This document shows positions 13,132 through 25,194 of a stretch of 64,000 nucleotides of DNA, one piece after another. The position numbers and the translations under genes are program-made. Within the stretch, counting starts at the first letter, position 1; the number at the start of each line of letters is the position of its first letter. This stretch comes from Marsupella aquatica (Eukaryota > Plantae > Marchantiophyta), in NCBI GenBank assembly GCA_973895155.1, contig OZ316896.1, positions 12,380,549 through 12,444,548 on the forward strand. Direction: 5' to 3'. Under the pieces are notes generated by a model, which had not been told where the DNA came from, ran no database searches, and worked only from the letters and a program-made list of their open reading frames with translations.

Positions 13132-13480
13132 GAAGAGTCGGGTCTCTTTTGGCAGAGAGACAACAATCGAAGGCGTTTCTGAAGTGAATGAGTCGGGATT
13201 TTGAGGGAGCTTTCGCGGTGAAGAGTCAAATCTCTTTTGGCAGAGAGACAACAATCGAAGGCGTTTCTGAAGTGAAATGGTTCGGGATTTTGAGTGAGCT
13301 TTCGCGGTGAAGAGTCGGGTCTCTTTTGGCAGAGAGACAACAATCGAAGGCGTTTCTGAAGTGAATGAGTCGGGATTTTGAGGGAAATTTCGCGGTGCAG
13401 AGTCCGATCTCTTCTGGCAGAGAGACAACAATCGAAGGCGTTTCTGAGGTCAACGAGTCGGGATTTTGACGGAGCTTTCT
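13132..13480. repeat. 88-89-bp tandem array (4 units) immediately upstream of BLOS2
   Basis: gaagagtcgggtctcttttggcagagagacaacaatcgaaggcgtttctgaagtgaatgagtcgggattttgagggagctttcgcggt. Units start near 13132, 13220, 13309 and 13397. Confidence 0.93.
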
Positions 13481-13535
13481 CTTTTGGCAGCGCAAAAAGG
13501 GCCGAGTGAGGTGACGTAATAGGCAGCGAGGTGCA

Positions 13536-14742
13536 ATGGCAGAAGCAACACGAACAGAGGAGGGTAAGGAAATCATAGCAAGTGCGGCAGCAGCAGGATC
13601 AGAAGCTGGAACGAAAGAGAAGTCCGATGTCAGTAGCACGAGTAGTCCCGATGTTAACGATCCTTTGTCGAGGGCCCTACACTCCCTCTTCACCAGTTTC
13701 ACCGACGTCGTCCAGGGAGAGCTGCAGGTTGGTTCGTTTGACTTCATGTTTGGTTTCATTGCGCTGTCGTCGCTTGCAAATAGTGCAATTGGGAGAGCAA
13801 TTTGACGCTCCATAGGGCGGCCATTGATACTCTTTTTCCCATCTCTGTTAATATTTCCACCCTCTTCTTTCTAGTTTGTGAGTTGACGGAGGACGTGAAT
13901 TTAGACCTGCACAATTCGGTTGAGGTTTGCTTTAAGACTTTGCATGGCGTTGTTTCTGATTCGTGAAGTTGACGAATTAGTGAAGTTGCGTTTAAACCTT
14001 TTGGTCTCATGGATTCTGTCACTGTGGGCCAGGGGCTAGGCGTTCTAACCCTAGTCCTGTGAGCCTTGTATTTGTTTTGCCACAATTCAACTGAACTCAA
14101 ATATTATCATAAGATCCGTGGTTTTTGGTTTTTGACCTGTTAACCTTTTCGGTAGGGATCTTTTCTAAATCTTAGAAGCCAGATTCTCTTCCCGCGAACT
14201 GTGTGTTGTCCGTTAGTCCAGCGGTTTCTCTTTTTTGGACTTTGTACATTCGAACTGGGATTTTCTCTGCTCAATCTCGAAATAATGAGCATGATGGCAA
14301 GGACTAGAAAGCAATTTAAAGTTTTGGTTGTCTGCAGCAATTTCCAGAAAGTGAGATTTCACAGCCCCGATAACAGTTTTCCTCCGTAGCTCTATAATAT
14401 TTACAGTGAGCCTAATTTGGTATTCCATTCAATTCCCTTTCATTTCTAATCTGCTCATTTGTCCTGGGTCTGACATCGCAGTGCTCCAATAGCGAGTATG
14501 AGCTCCTCAAAGACATGAATTTGAGGACAGCTGAGGAGTATGACAATTTCGGTGACTTTGCGTCGGGGCTGCGTGTTTTCGTGGAGCGATTGAATCACAA
14601 GAATGAGACCTTCAATCATTATCTGCAAGAAATCGATGTCATCGACCGCCAAGTCACTGATCTGGAAGCTCTTGTGTCAACTTTGGACAACTACACCAAC
14701 GCTCTACACACACAAATCAGGACTGCCTTTGCAGACCCCTAA
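13536..14742 (+). CDS. BLOS2: BLOC-1 complex subunit 2, 2 exons
   Basis: Exons 13536-13727 and 14482-14742 (phase 0). LHSLFTSFTDVVQGELQ|CSNSEYELLKDMNLRTAEEYDNFGDFASGLRVFVE...IDRQVTDLEALVSTLDNY matches plant BLOS2. Confidence 0.92.
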
Positions 14743-14846
14743 TCAGACCGATTTGCAATTATTCTGAATGGTTTCTTCCGTTCGTTCATCACATAAAATG
14801 GATGAGCAGATGGTACGCTCGACTCTCGCTGTACTACAGTCTGGCG

Positions 14847-14917
14847 TAAAGCTTACATTTCACGTGGGTCGGTGAGAATATTAAAGCTTACATTTCACGT
14901 GGGTCGGTGAGAATATT
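14847..14917. repeat. 35-bp perfect tandem duplication containing CACGTG
   Basis: taaagcttacatttcacgtgggtcggtgagaatat occurs twice. Confidence 0.9.
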
Positions 14918-15923
14918 ACCATCAACTTCATTAAGCTGGAAGCTCGTAGAACGTTCCATGTAATCGATATCTTCGACTGGTTTGGCTGGAACAGGATCCG
15001 TCTCCCATTAGTGCAAACATTCAACAGTAGTGAGGAGCATGCTCAAAGGATTCGAAGCGGGTAGGGAATTTGCTCTCAGAACCTGGAGCCAATCATTGTA
15101 CAGAGTGTTTATTTTTACAATTTTAAATCTGCGTCCCTCAATTACAAGGTGGGTATGATAAACAAGGATTCATCTTATGTAGGAATTGGAAATGTTGTTC
15201 GACAGGCCAGTAAGCAACAATGCTTTTGTACGCTCGCGTCTGTCTTAGCTTTGACAATCGTGTGGGTCTTGCATGTTTCTCCTTTGGAAACCAAATTGAA
15301 TTGCAGAATCGGCGATGGGGTACAACCATTTTGTTGGCTTCCCTCCTGAAATAGAACGAAATTGATCTATGCTAGAATTCTAAAGATACTCCATTTTTCA
15401 AGTTTCCCCGAAAGACTTCAATGGATTTTCCTGTGATGCGGTGTTTCTATTCTATGTACCAATTTGAATTGGACATGCTATGCTGCGTTGGATTACTGTA
15501 CACTTTGTCCAGCTTTCTCCTGAAAGAGAACCGAATTGGTTTTGCCGGATCTAAACAGACGAGACACCAATCTTCATCTGTAATCATGGCATTCACAGTA
15601 GTCGAGTCTGTAGAGCATAGGCATCTACATCGTGCACTCAGGGTTCGGAACATGAGACGAAGTACCACCATGAAAGTACCCTTAAGAGAAGCACCACCAT
15701 GAAAGCTTTCATCGCCATAGTCGGGAGCCAGCTGATTATTATGAAGTCTTTGAGACAGGTTGCCAGATTATTTTAGTAAAGGGAGCCGATTCCCTTTCTG
15801 CTGCTTGAAGAGAAAACGCCGCGCCGTGTAACGGACATCATTGAGTGCAGAGATTAGGCAGGAGTGAAACTGCGATCAGTCGCCAACTTTATGCTCCTGC
15901 AGCACTTATTTTTCAGGAATGAC

Positions 15924-16728
15924 TCAGTAAGCCCTTCCGAGGCGGAGAGACCCCAGCCGTCTCTCAATTGTCGTCGATCCACTACCCTTAGAGTTGACGA
16001 CACTGGGTCCACAGTTTGTCATGTTTCGCTTTGCCAAAGCATCCAAGAATAGTGCGTTTTTACTCTCTAAACAGACATGAGCCGAGGAGTACCGGTGCTT
16101 CAAACATAAGTCCTTTCGGCAGCTTTTGCAGTTGTATTTATTTGAGAAGGTTAGCAATTCTTTGCAACCCTTGACGGGGCACTTGGGTTTGACAGATCGA
16201 AGGGCTGGATTGCAGTCGCCGGCGTCGCTGTGTTTCTGAAGAGTAGACTCGGCCTTCTCGCCGAACACTTTCTTGACTGTGGCGGTGCACACTGGGCAGA
16301 TGATCACACTCATGTCCTTCAACTCAGCCTTCGGGCAGTCGTGAGCCTTGTACGATCTGTGGTCAAGACAAAACATCTGCAAGCACAACAAGCAGGACAC
16401 GACGGAAGATCAGTTCAAAGCCCTCATCCAAAAATTCGTAGGAAATTAATCAACAACACATCTTCCAAGATTAGGGTAACAATCAACTATCAACTACGAA
16501 GTGCCACGGCACCACTGCGATTACAAGTTTCTACGGAGACAGAGCGCACTAGGATTTGATGACAGACCTAGAAAACAAGCGAAAAGACAGCAAAACGATC
16601 GTGTTGATATCGGAATTAATTACCTTCTTGCAGCAGTCACATTGAAATGGGAGAAAATCAAGCTGATGGCATGTTTCTTCGGAACAATGTCGACCTAAAT
16701 TGGGAAAAGCTTCAGTTCCCCCCGCCAT
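15924..16728 (-). CDS. SAP12: AN1-AN1 zinc-finger stress-associated protein (SAP12 type), 2 exons
   Basis: Exons 16728-16624 and 16376-15924. MAGGTEAFPNLGRHCSEETCHQLDFLPFQCDCCKK|MFCLDHRSYKAHDCP...KCPVKGCKELLTFSNKYNCKSCRKDLCLKHR gives two AN1 fingers. Confidence 0.92.
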
Positions 16729-17129
16729 CTCCCCGCTAACAAACGTCTATCTTCCTCAGTCACTCCTTCTCCGCGTAGTCGACTGGTCCGCAGCGGCAGA
16801 AGCAGGATTATAATTCCAGAGTCAATAATAAATCGAACGAGAGGGAGCCGGTCGCAAGCGAAAAGGGAAGCGCTGGACAGAGCAAAGCAAAGTGAAACTC
16901 GCCTATTCGAGTGAGGGGAAGACATCGCATGGGCTTCAAGCGAGAGAGAGGCCTTCTTATGAACGAGGCGAAGACTCTGACTCCGGCTGGGTTCTGCGTG
17001 ATGGCGAGGAGGAGAAGCGTCGAGATACGGGAGGCGATCGCTGTTGCAATCCATCGAGGAAACTTCGATGTCAAGGCAATAAGCCGCCGAAATATGAGGT
17101 ACGAAGTTACGTCTGGAGTCCCCTCGGAC

Positions 17130-18100
17130 TCGAGTACTCCTTCTCCTCCTTTCGACGCGGGCTCAGCAGGGCGTCTCAAATCAATTCCCTTCTAGGAGTC
17201 ACGGGATTTGCATTTCATGTTGTCCTGAGCTCGGTCAACCGGTAAAGATTGAGGGGAAACGGCTACTGCCGGTGTAGGAAGCCGGTGTAGGAAGGTGAAC
17301 AATGACCGGAAACTGCTACAGGCGGTTTCGCTCTCCTTGAATGAAAAAAAAGCTCTAATAAGTGTCACTAGTTGCATGTGAACCCCACTTTTGGGGGAGT
17401 CCTTCTGCTCCATTCTACATGGGCTCAGTAGGGTGACTCAAAATCAATTCATTTCTAGGAGTCATGGGATTAGTATTTAATGTTTATGTAACTCGATAAA
17501 CATTGACCGGGAACGGCTACAGCCAGTGTAGCTCAGTGAACATTGACAGGAAATGCTACGGCCTGGGCTCAGTAAACATTGACCGGAAACGGCTACAGCC
17601 GGTTCCCCTCCGCTTGAATGAAGAAAAGCTCTAAGTGCCACTAGTTGCATGTGAACCCAGTTTTGGGGGAATCATTCTCCTCCTTTCTACGAGGGTTTAG
17701 CATGTTGTTATGTAGCTTGGTAAACATTGACCGAGAACAACTACAGCCGGTGTAGCTCAGTGAACATTCACCGGAAATGGCTACAGCCGAGGCTCACTAA
17801 ACATTGACCAGAAATGGCTATAGCAGGTTCCCCTCTCCTTGAATGAAAAAAAAGCTCTAAGTGCCACTAGCTACATGTGAACCCAACTTTCGGGGGAGTC
17901 TTCTCCTCCTTTCTACGCGGGCTCAGCACGGAGTCTCAAATCAACTCACTTCTAGGAGTCACGGGATTAGCATTTAATGTTGTTCGGTAGCTCCGTAAAC
18001 AGTGACTGGAAACGGCTATAGTTGATTCCCCTCTTCTTGAATGAAAAAAAGGTCTAAGTGCCACTAGCTGCATGTGAACCCCACGTTTGGGGGAGTATGT
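17130..18100. repeat. Degenerate tandem array, ~4 units of ~200-275 bp with internal sub-repeats, upstream of SAP12
   Basis: 'ttctcctcctt...gggctcag...tctaggagtca.gggatt...ttgaatgaaaaaaagctctaagtgccactag.tgcatgtgaaccc' recurs near 17141, 17403, 17675 and 17901. Internal 'aacattgaccggaaacggctacagccgg' sub-repeats. Confidence 0.88.
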
Positions 18101-18430
18101 GTGTTAACCTTCCTGTGCAATGAAAAACAATCCCTTGTGTCACTAGAGACATCTGAACCCCACTTTTTGGGGGGTGTATGGTCAAAGCACTAGTGGGCAA
18201 ACCTGGTTGGACCCTAGCACCTTGGCCGCCCCATCTCACGGGCTACCACCAGCCCACAACCTGCTGGGTGATAGTAGTGGTGGTTTCCTTGTATTTAGAT
18301 GTATTCTGCGGGCAGCAAACCTGCAACTATCGGCACTGGCAGGCACCGCTCGCATGATAGGCATTGAATGTCATTCCCATGGACTTATAGAAGGAAATTC
18401 AAATCATCTCTTGTTCCTGTCAACTGTTTC

Positions 18431-19200
18431 GTGAAACTAGCGTGTGATGACCGTTCAAGGAAATGTTGTTTAGTGAAACTAGCATGATTACCTGTTCCTT
18501 GAATGTAAAGGTGAGACGTTGTTTAGTGATACTAACTGATTCCCCGATCCTTGAACATGAAGATGAGATGTTGTTTAGTGAAACAAGCTAGCGTGATTCC
18601 CATTCCTTCAATGTAAAGGTGAGATGTTGTGTAGTGAAACTAACCTGATTAAACTAGTGTGATTACCTGTTGAAGGAAGGTAAAGGTGAGGTTAAAGGTG
18701 AGATGTTGTGAGGCGACCAAAACTTGACGCGCGTATGCGGGATGAAATACAGAGACCGGGTACTTGTGAAGAAGACTGAATGGATTTGATTGTACTTTCA
18801 TGTCCTGCTTTCACTTATGATTGAACCTCGTGACTTTGCGCTCAGACCATATAGCTTGTAATGAGATGTTAAAATCTGCACGTGGAGAGAAATAAGAGGA
18901 AAGGACCATAATGAGTGAACACGTGACTTTAAAGTTTAAGGAATGGGTAATAAGGCTACTGTGATTTCACTAAACAACATCCCATCTTTAACTTCAAGGA
19001 ACAGGGAATCCTTCATCTCATCTTTAGGTTCAAAGAACTGGTAATCACCCAAGTTCACTAAAGAGTATCTCACCTTTACATTCAAGGAACAGATAATCAC
19101 CCTAGTTTCACTAAACAACACCCTTCCTTGAACGGGTTATCATGCTAGTTTAACAGGTTAGTTTTACTAAACAATGTCTCACATAATAGTTCAAGGAACA
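18431..19200. repeat. Foldback: ~50-bp tandem arrays in inverted orientation around a ~230-bp spacer
   Basis: Left arm 'tgttgtttagtgaaactagcatgattacctgttccttgaatgtaaaggtgaga' (18431-18710). Right arm 'tctcacctttacattcaaggaacagataatcaccctagtttcactaaacaaca' (18960-19200) is its reverse complement. Confidence 0.85.
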
Positions 19201-19728
19201 TGTATTCAACTAGTTTCAGGTAAAGGAGACAGGATGCCCTTAATCCTATTCGTAATGGTGGGATGAGGAAAAAGACCTTGCCCCATGAAAGATTCCATGA
19301 TATTTCCTATTCATCTTTGCCCCATCTTCGTTTCTCCATTCCTTGAAGTTAAAATAGAGATGAGTGAAAATAACCTTGCACAAAAAGGATTCCATGCTAT
19401 TTCCTGTTCATCTTAATTTGCCCCATCCTTGTTTTTTGTTTGCGCCCTTAGTTTCAATCATGTCCTGCTCTCTCATGTTCAATTATATCCCTTTGCCCCA
19501 TTGTTTTTGGTCAACACTGTCCCTTACTTTCAATTATGCCCTGCTCCCTCACTTTCATTTATACCCAAGTTAGAGTCACGGTCTACAGGGTTCATTAGAC
19601 AATAGGCCCCATGGAGTAGCTTTTTATTGCACTTTATTATTTAGATGTGCATTTGTTTTGAGGGCTCTACTTTGAGGGTTGAGGTACCATTACACTGGTT
19701 ATGGGTGTGTTATCATTTCTGGACGTAG

Positions 19729-22297
19729 TGTGACAGGGCCCCAAACCCGGTAGTAACTTAGTGATAACTTATAATTGCATATATAAGTAGAAAGACAAGT
19801 AGGTGTAGCAAAAGTGTTTGGATTTTAATTTTTTTAGTTTTTGTTAGTTCTAATAAATTCATGTGACAACCGGAGGCCGAAGTTGAGAGGGGTGTTGGGC
19901 GGTGATGGATGACAATGGAGCCATTGAGGGGGTACAAGGAGGCCAAAAGGTAGCCCAAGGACTTGGAGGCCAAGGTGTGGGCATCTTGGAGGGGTGGGGG
20001 CTGGTCGGAGGCTCCACATAAGGCGCAAAACGGGAAGAATGACCAAAATATAGAAAACGTTAAAACTTAAAATAGACATTGATGCACTAGTACTATTCCA
20101 AACATGGTCATGTTTGAATTCATTTTGAAGTCCTCAATGAGTCCCATGCGAAACTGAGGTTCTCTAGTTGATTTTAGGTCTATATCAAACAATGACATCT
20201 TGAGGGACCTCAACGCCCGTAAAACGACAAACTAGACAATCTTGGAGTAGTGATGGTGGGAGGGCCCTTAGAAGGAAGGGACTCCCACAATTTTCTTTCC
20301 TCAATCCGTAGTTTCTCACAATTTTCCTTCCCCACTCCGTAGAAGGGGCACTCCGTAGAAGAACACATCCATAGAAGGGGCCCCCACACTTTCTTCCTCC
20401 CTTTTTTCTCTATTCTCACTTGTGAGGTTCCCACCCATTCCTAAACCCTTTCCCTATTGTGCTTGCTTTCAACATGTGTACAAACCTTGGTTGTACGAAC
20501 ATAAGTTTTTTCACCATCTCAAAATCAAGAGTCTACGGGCTTGTTGGAAAGAGCTTGCTGAGCTGAATCCAACGATGTGTCACACGGCCAAAATGAAGCT
20601 AAGACAAGGGAGATACAACAGATCGCATTTTTTGAGAATAAGGAGGTTTTGAGGCCGTACGGACGTCCGTACTGCAGGAGGTCCCGGCTTTGCAAGGGAA
20701 GGAGGAGGTAGCAGCACATACAGGGAACCGTGATCCGTGTTTTGCAAAGTTGGGGCCCCCTGGTGTTGTACGGACGAAACGGAGGGAGACAGTGCCCTGT
20801 AAAAACTTAAACGATCATATCTTGGCCGTTTGACCTCCGTTTTGTGCATCGTTTATGGAGCCGTGATCAGGAAGAGGAGGGCTCCTCAGATATGTTTTCA
20901 GAAGTGAATTCTGAGAAAATTTTAGTTTCGACAATTGTAAGGGCCCCCTCTTTTTATGGCGGACCGATGGTGGCGATCAGGAGGATTGAGGCTGGTAGGC
21001 AGGGTAGATAGATAGGATAGGAGGTGGTGGACTCAAGTGAGTCCTTGTTTAGCGGGGTGGTATTCACTCAAGAAAGTGATGAGGATGCTAACTCACGGGA
21101 CTCAAGCCATGACACCGTGAGTGATGAGGAGGAAAAGTAGTACGGCCGCACGGACTTGGTCGTACGGCCTTTTGATTTCGAAACTTTTCAAAAGTGGGCA
21201 ATCACGGAATTGTTGGAAAGAGCTTGCGGAGCTGATTCCAACAAGAGGCGGCGCTACTCAAACGGAGTCAGGATGAGAAAGCTAGTGCCCCGCGAAGTTG
21301 GTCGGTACGAGATACTAAAACGACCATAACTTGGTCATCCAATGTCTGTTTTGGGAGCGGTTTGGTGATTCATGATGAGGAGGAGCAGGGCTACCCAAGA
21401 ATGTGCTCATAGGTGCAATCAGAGTGTCACCAAGTTTTGGGCAATTGTGGAGTCCCTTGTATTTTCGCGGTTTACGGAGTGATTTTGTGAGGCACCGTCG
21501 AAGGGACCATCGGCCCCTTGGTTAGGTAGGGTTTAGAGGTATGTGTGTGCTGCATACCGCTAGGGTTTAGTTGACATTTATATATTGGTGATAGGATTTT
21601 AGGTGGCGCCGCTAGGAGAAAGTGGCGGCATCCAAGTGCCATCGGGGTGCTTCCAAGGTGTTTTGGTTTGTGGTATTTATGGGGAGAGCCCCGTAGTAGT
21701 TAGGGGGGAACTCAGTTTGAAGTTAGAGGGAAGAATAGCGTATAGCCTTAGGAGCTTGAGAGTGTGTTGAGAGTAGTGAGGTGGAAGCCATACTCGTTGT
21801 CCAGTGAGGCAGGAGTTGGGTAGACGGCAGGAGGCCGGGTTACTCATGCAATGTGTATCACTTTCACCAAGAGATATGGATCTGGACATTTTACTCGATG
21901 GATTCCTTTTGTGTGATTCCTCTCCCTCTTCCTTCTCCGTAGTTGTGTCCTCCCTTGTATGATTTGAAGAAACTTGCATGGTTGGGTCGACCTTGTGAGT
22001 AGGGGTGGTGACAACACTCTTTGGATGACCCTGAGTGGAAATGTGAAGAGAGTAGTCGGCAGGACTTGATCAAAAGCTGTGGGGTGGAGTAGTCAGTAGA
22101 CTTGATCAAAACTTACATTTCCGAGAGTGGAAACTAAATTACTCATTCCTGGTGCGAGAATCATCCAAATAGCGTCCCTCCGTCGTACCCCGTACACGAT
22201 ACAAATGATTTAGGAGAGAAAATCACGTAGTGTCGTCTTAATCGTTTGATAAGCAGGTGACAGTAGTTCCAGAGGGCCGTGAGTCAAGGGGATTACA
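19729..22297 (+). mobile_element. Probable solo LTR of a Ty3/Gypsy retrotransposon (~2.6 kb)
   Basis: Begins TGTGACAGGGCCCC and ends GGGGATTACA. Internal duplicated blocks (ttgttggaaagagcttgc.gagctga.tccaac near 20541 and 21211), TATA-like motif near 21578, no coding capacity. A TSD was not recognised. Confidence 0.5.
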
Positions 22298-24896
22298 AGT
22301 CATTATCCCCAAGTGGGTATGAGTTACCTATGAGCTAGCATAAGCCCCACATGAATTTTTGAAATATTCATCTCACTTTTCAAGTGCAAAAACTGCCGCC
22401 TACCACTGGTTCAGTTGCCACTTGTATCTTACTTTTATTCTCATTCAAATGTGAGAATTCCCAGGTCAAGTTGGCATATGGGTTTTTATCAATGGCTCAC
22501 CCGCATGGTAATGCCTCATTACCTTCTATAGAAATAGAAAGAAAAAACACACAAGGTGATTATGGCTCAGACGATCACTATCCTGCACAGGGTGAGGCAG
22601 TGAGTCGGTTTTTTAGTCTCTAGTCATGACCTTCGTGTGTGAGACCCACCTATGCAGGTCACCCCATAAGTATGTCAGCCAGGCTCTTCAGTTCATAGAT
22701 TGGTAGGCTTTTTGGCTTCTGTTGCTGGTGGCTTTACCGGGGTCTCTCAGGCTTTCTTGCCCTTTGGTCTCACTGGTCCCCCCATTTATTGGGTCTCTTG
22801 CCTGTGGGACCCTGTCTCCCGGTTGGCGCCTCTTGCGCTATATATTATGTCTGTGACTACATAAACCTAACTTTGCCTTTCTGGTAGATGCACATGAAAA
22901 AGGCAACTCCTAGTAAGCCCGACTTTTGCATTTTGGGTAAATGCACATAAAAAACCATTTGTGGACTGAGCCCACAAGGTTCCATGAATTTGCCATTCCA
23001 TGATAAACCCATAATTAATCTTTTATAATTGTCAATGACTGGGTTTCTAGTACATTCATGAAATTGTTCATGAATTTTGCCATATCACAATAAACCCAAT
23101 TAATCTTTTATAATATTTATCATTGAGTGTTGTTGCCAGGTACATTGTAACCTGATTGTTCTTTCATAATTTCAGTTAGTGCAATTGTAGAGGACATCAC
23201 AATTTCCTGTGTTCTGATGTGCACTACCAGAATGCCAACTTTTGGGAGAATAAATATAGTATGTGTTATGAATAATGGGTATCAGGTAATTGACATCATG
23301 GCAATCTCAGAGAGGTAGCCAAGATGCCATGGCCCCTAAAAAAATAAACAATTTGTGGGAGGATTTGAGCAGAAAAACATAAATTCAAACAATTTTATTT
23401 TGTACGTGTCCATACTATACATATATATGCCAATCTTGACGAGGTCAGCCAAGATGGGACACTTGTCCATACCGTATACATGCAGGTTACGACAAAAAAT
23501 AATGTGAAAAATAGTTGAACCTCAAAATTTCATGGTTTTTTTACCGTTGTTGTCCGTACGCCCATCCCAAAGAGGTTAACCAAGTTAAAGTCCATCTCAA
23601 CTCCCAAGCTGTGATCCACAATAGGGTAAGTGTTGAGCAAAGACAGCCTTCACAACGACATGCTTATGAAAATCCAACAAACAAGTAGTTGACATGTAGA
23701 GAGATGTGTGGTTCACTTAGCTAAGGCTACATCCATGAGAACACACAAGAGCTTTACTGCACTCTAGGCTTGTTAGCCATATCGAGTCTTCGCAGTTCAA
23801 GTTCTCCCTATCTCTCAACAGGCTCCGTAACAATGAACCTTGAGTTACTACTCACAAGCAACAATTTGCTTGTGCATATACTCGTGCATATAGTGTGCAA
23901 CATGACAAACCTAACCAAGTCCGCAACTAAGGTTAGCCCTAACTATGGCTGCTAATCTTAACTCTAGACCTAAGAGTAAATGCCTAATAGTAAGATGACT
24001 AAAACTTGATCATAATCACTTATCAGTTAGTAATAATTGACAAAATTGTGCATCTCAAATTTTGGGGAAATTTAGTCCGAGGGGCTTTCATTTAAGAAGG
24101 ATCACAACACTCCCTGCAACACTCACATATATCACCCCTGTTCTTACTAAGGGCGCCGCCATATTTGAGTGGACCAATTCTTGGCACAAGCGTCGGTCCA
24201 CTCACGCTGGAGTTAGTGGTAGCAACATTTTTTTGAAACCGTAAATATTTGACCCGAGGCCTGGCTTGCAACATTCTGGTCATGAGAAACCTCCGTGAAA
24301 CAGCTGGCTTGAGACACACTAGTAGAGTGTAGTTGTTTAATGATAAAGCTTAGCAAATATCCACTTTGTCCAAATAAAGCTTTTGGGATAAAATTTAGAC
24401 CCAACAAGACAACATCAACACATGTGAGCAAACATCAATTGACAGCGACACTGAAAGTACGTGCCAGAGAACGTGGTTCACCCCATTCATCCATGGAGGC
24501 ATAACCTAGAACAGAAACCTACATGACTTATATTGGCAAATTTTCTGAAGAGCTTGTTGGCATCAATAGTATTAATCACATTTGACACCTCTCCTTAAAT
24601 CTTGGGGAATCCAAAATGAAACTTATTCCAAACTGACTTCTGGACAAATGTTCTTGGAAAACTCATTTATTGATGTTCATTGGGTCCCACCATTTGATGT
24701 TGTTGGATATTGCTCATTGCCCATCTTGCACACAAGGTGAAGACATAATCAAGGGTCCTAACTGTGTTGAAGCTAGATAAGTTTGAATAGAATCCATCAT
24801 GTCCAATTCACTAATATCCAGATCATTTGCAAGGGTCTATTTGTTGCGAAGCATTTAGAAATGTGAGGAGGTACACCCTAATGTCTTCACAGTGTG

Positions 24897-25194
24897 GAGG
24901 TATTCTATGTTGCGAGCAAACATGAGATTTTGATAGCGAGGAGATTTTGATAGCGACACAATAATGGTTCCAAATTTCAGTTGCTTTTTGGTGCCTTTTA
25001 CATTTTTTGTGTTTTTTTAAAGACTCCAGATTGCTAGCGAGCTCGCTAGCAAAAAGGGAGTCCCCAAAAGGGATGTTACCAACCAGGTAGTTGATAGCGA
25101 GGCAGTTGCATGTAGAAAAATTGGGGTCATACAGGAATTTTTTTTGCTCGTGCAAGTAAAATTTTTACTGTTTGCTCGCACGTTACAATTACCC
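24897..25194. mobile_element. Mutator-type MITE, copy 1
   Basis: Imperfect TIRs GAGGTATTCTATGTTGCGAGCAAACA / TGTTTGCTCGCACGTTACAATTACCC. Perfect 9-bp TSD cacagtgtg at 24888-24896 and 25195-25203. Near-identical copy at 36109. Confidence 0.92.

Noticed and set aside
13132-13480. CRISPR-like appearance of regularly spaced repeats (also 9010-9290)
   Set aside because: Whole units are repeated with no unique spacers, there are no cas genes, and the context is eukaryotic.
13071-13813. Minus-strand ORFs with repeated FTSETPSIVVSLPKE peptides
   Set aside because: They are by-products of the 88-89-bp array, whose unit is not a multiple of 3, and they lie antisense to BLOS2.
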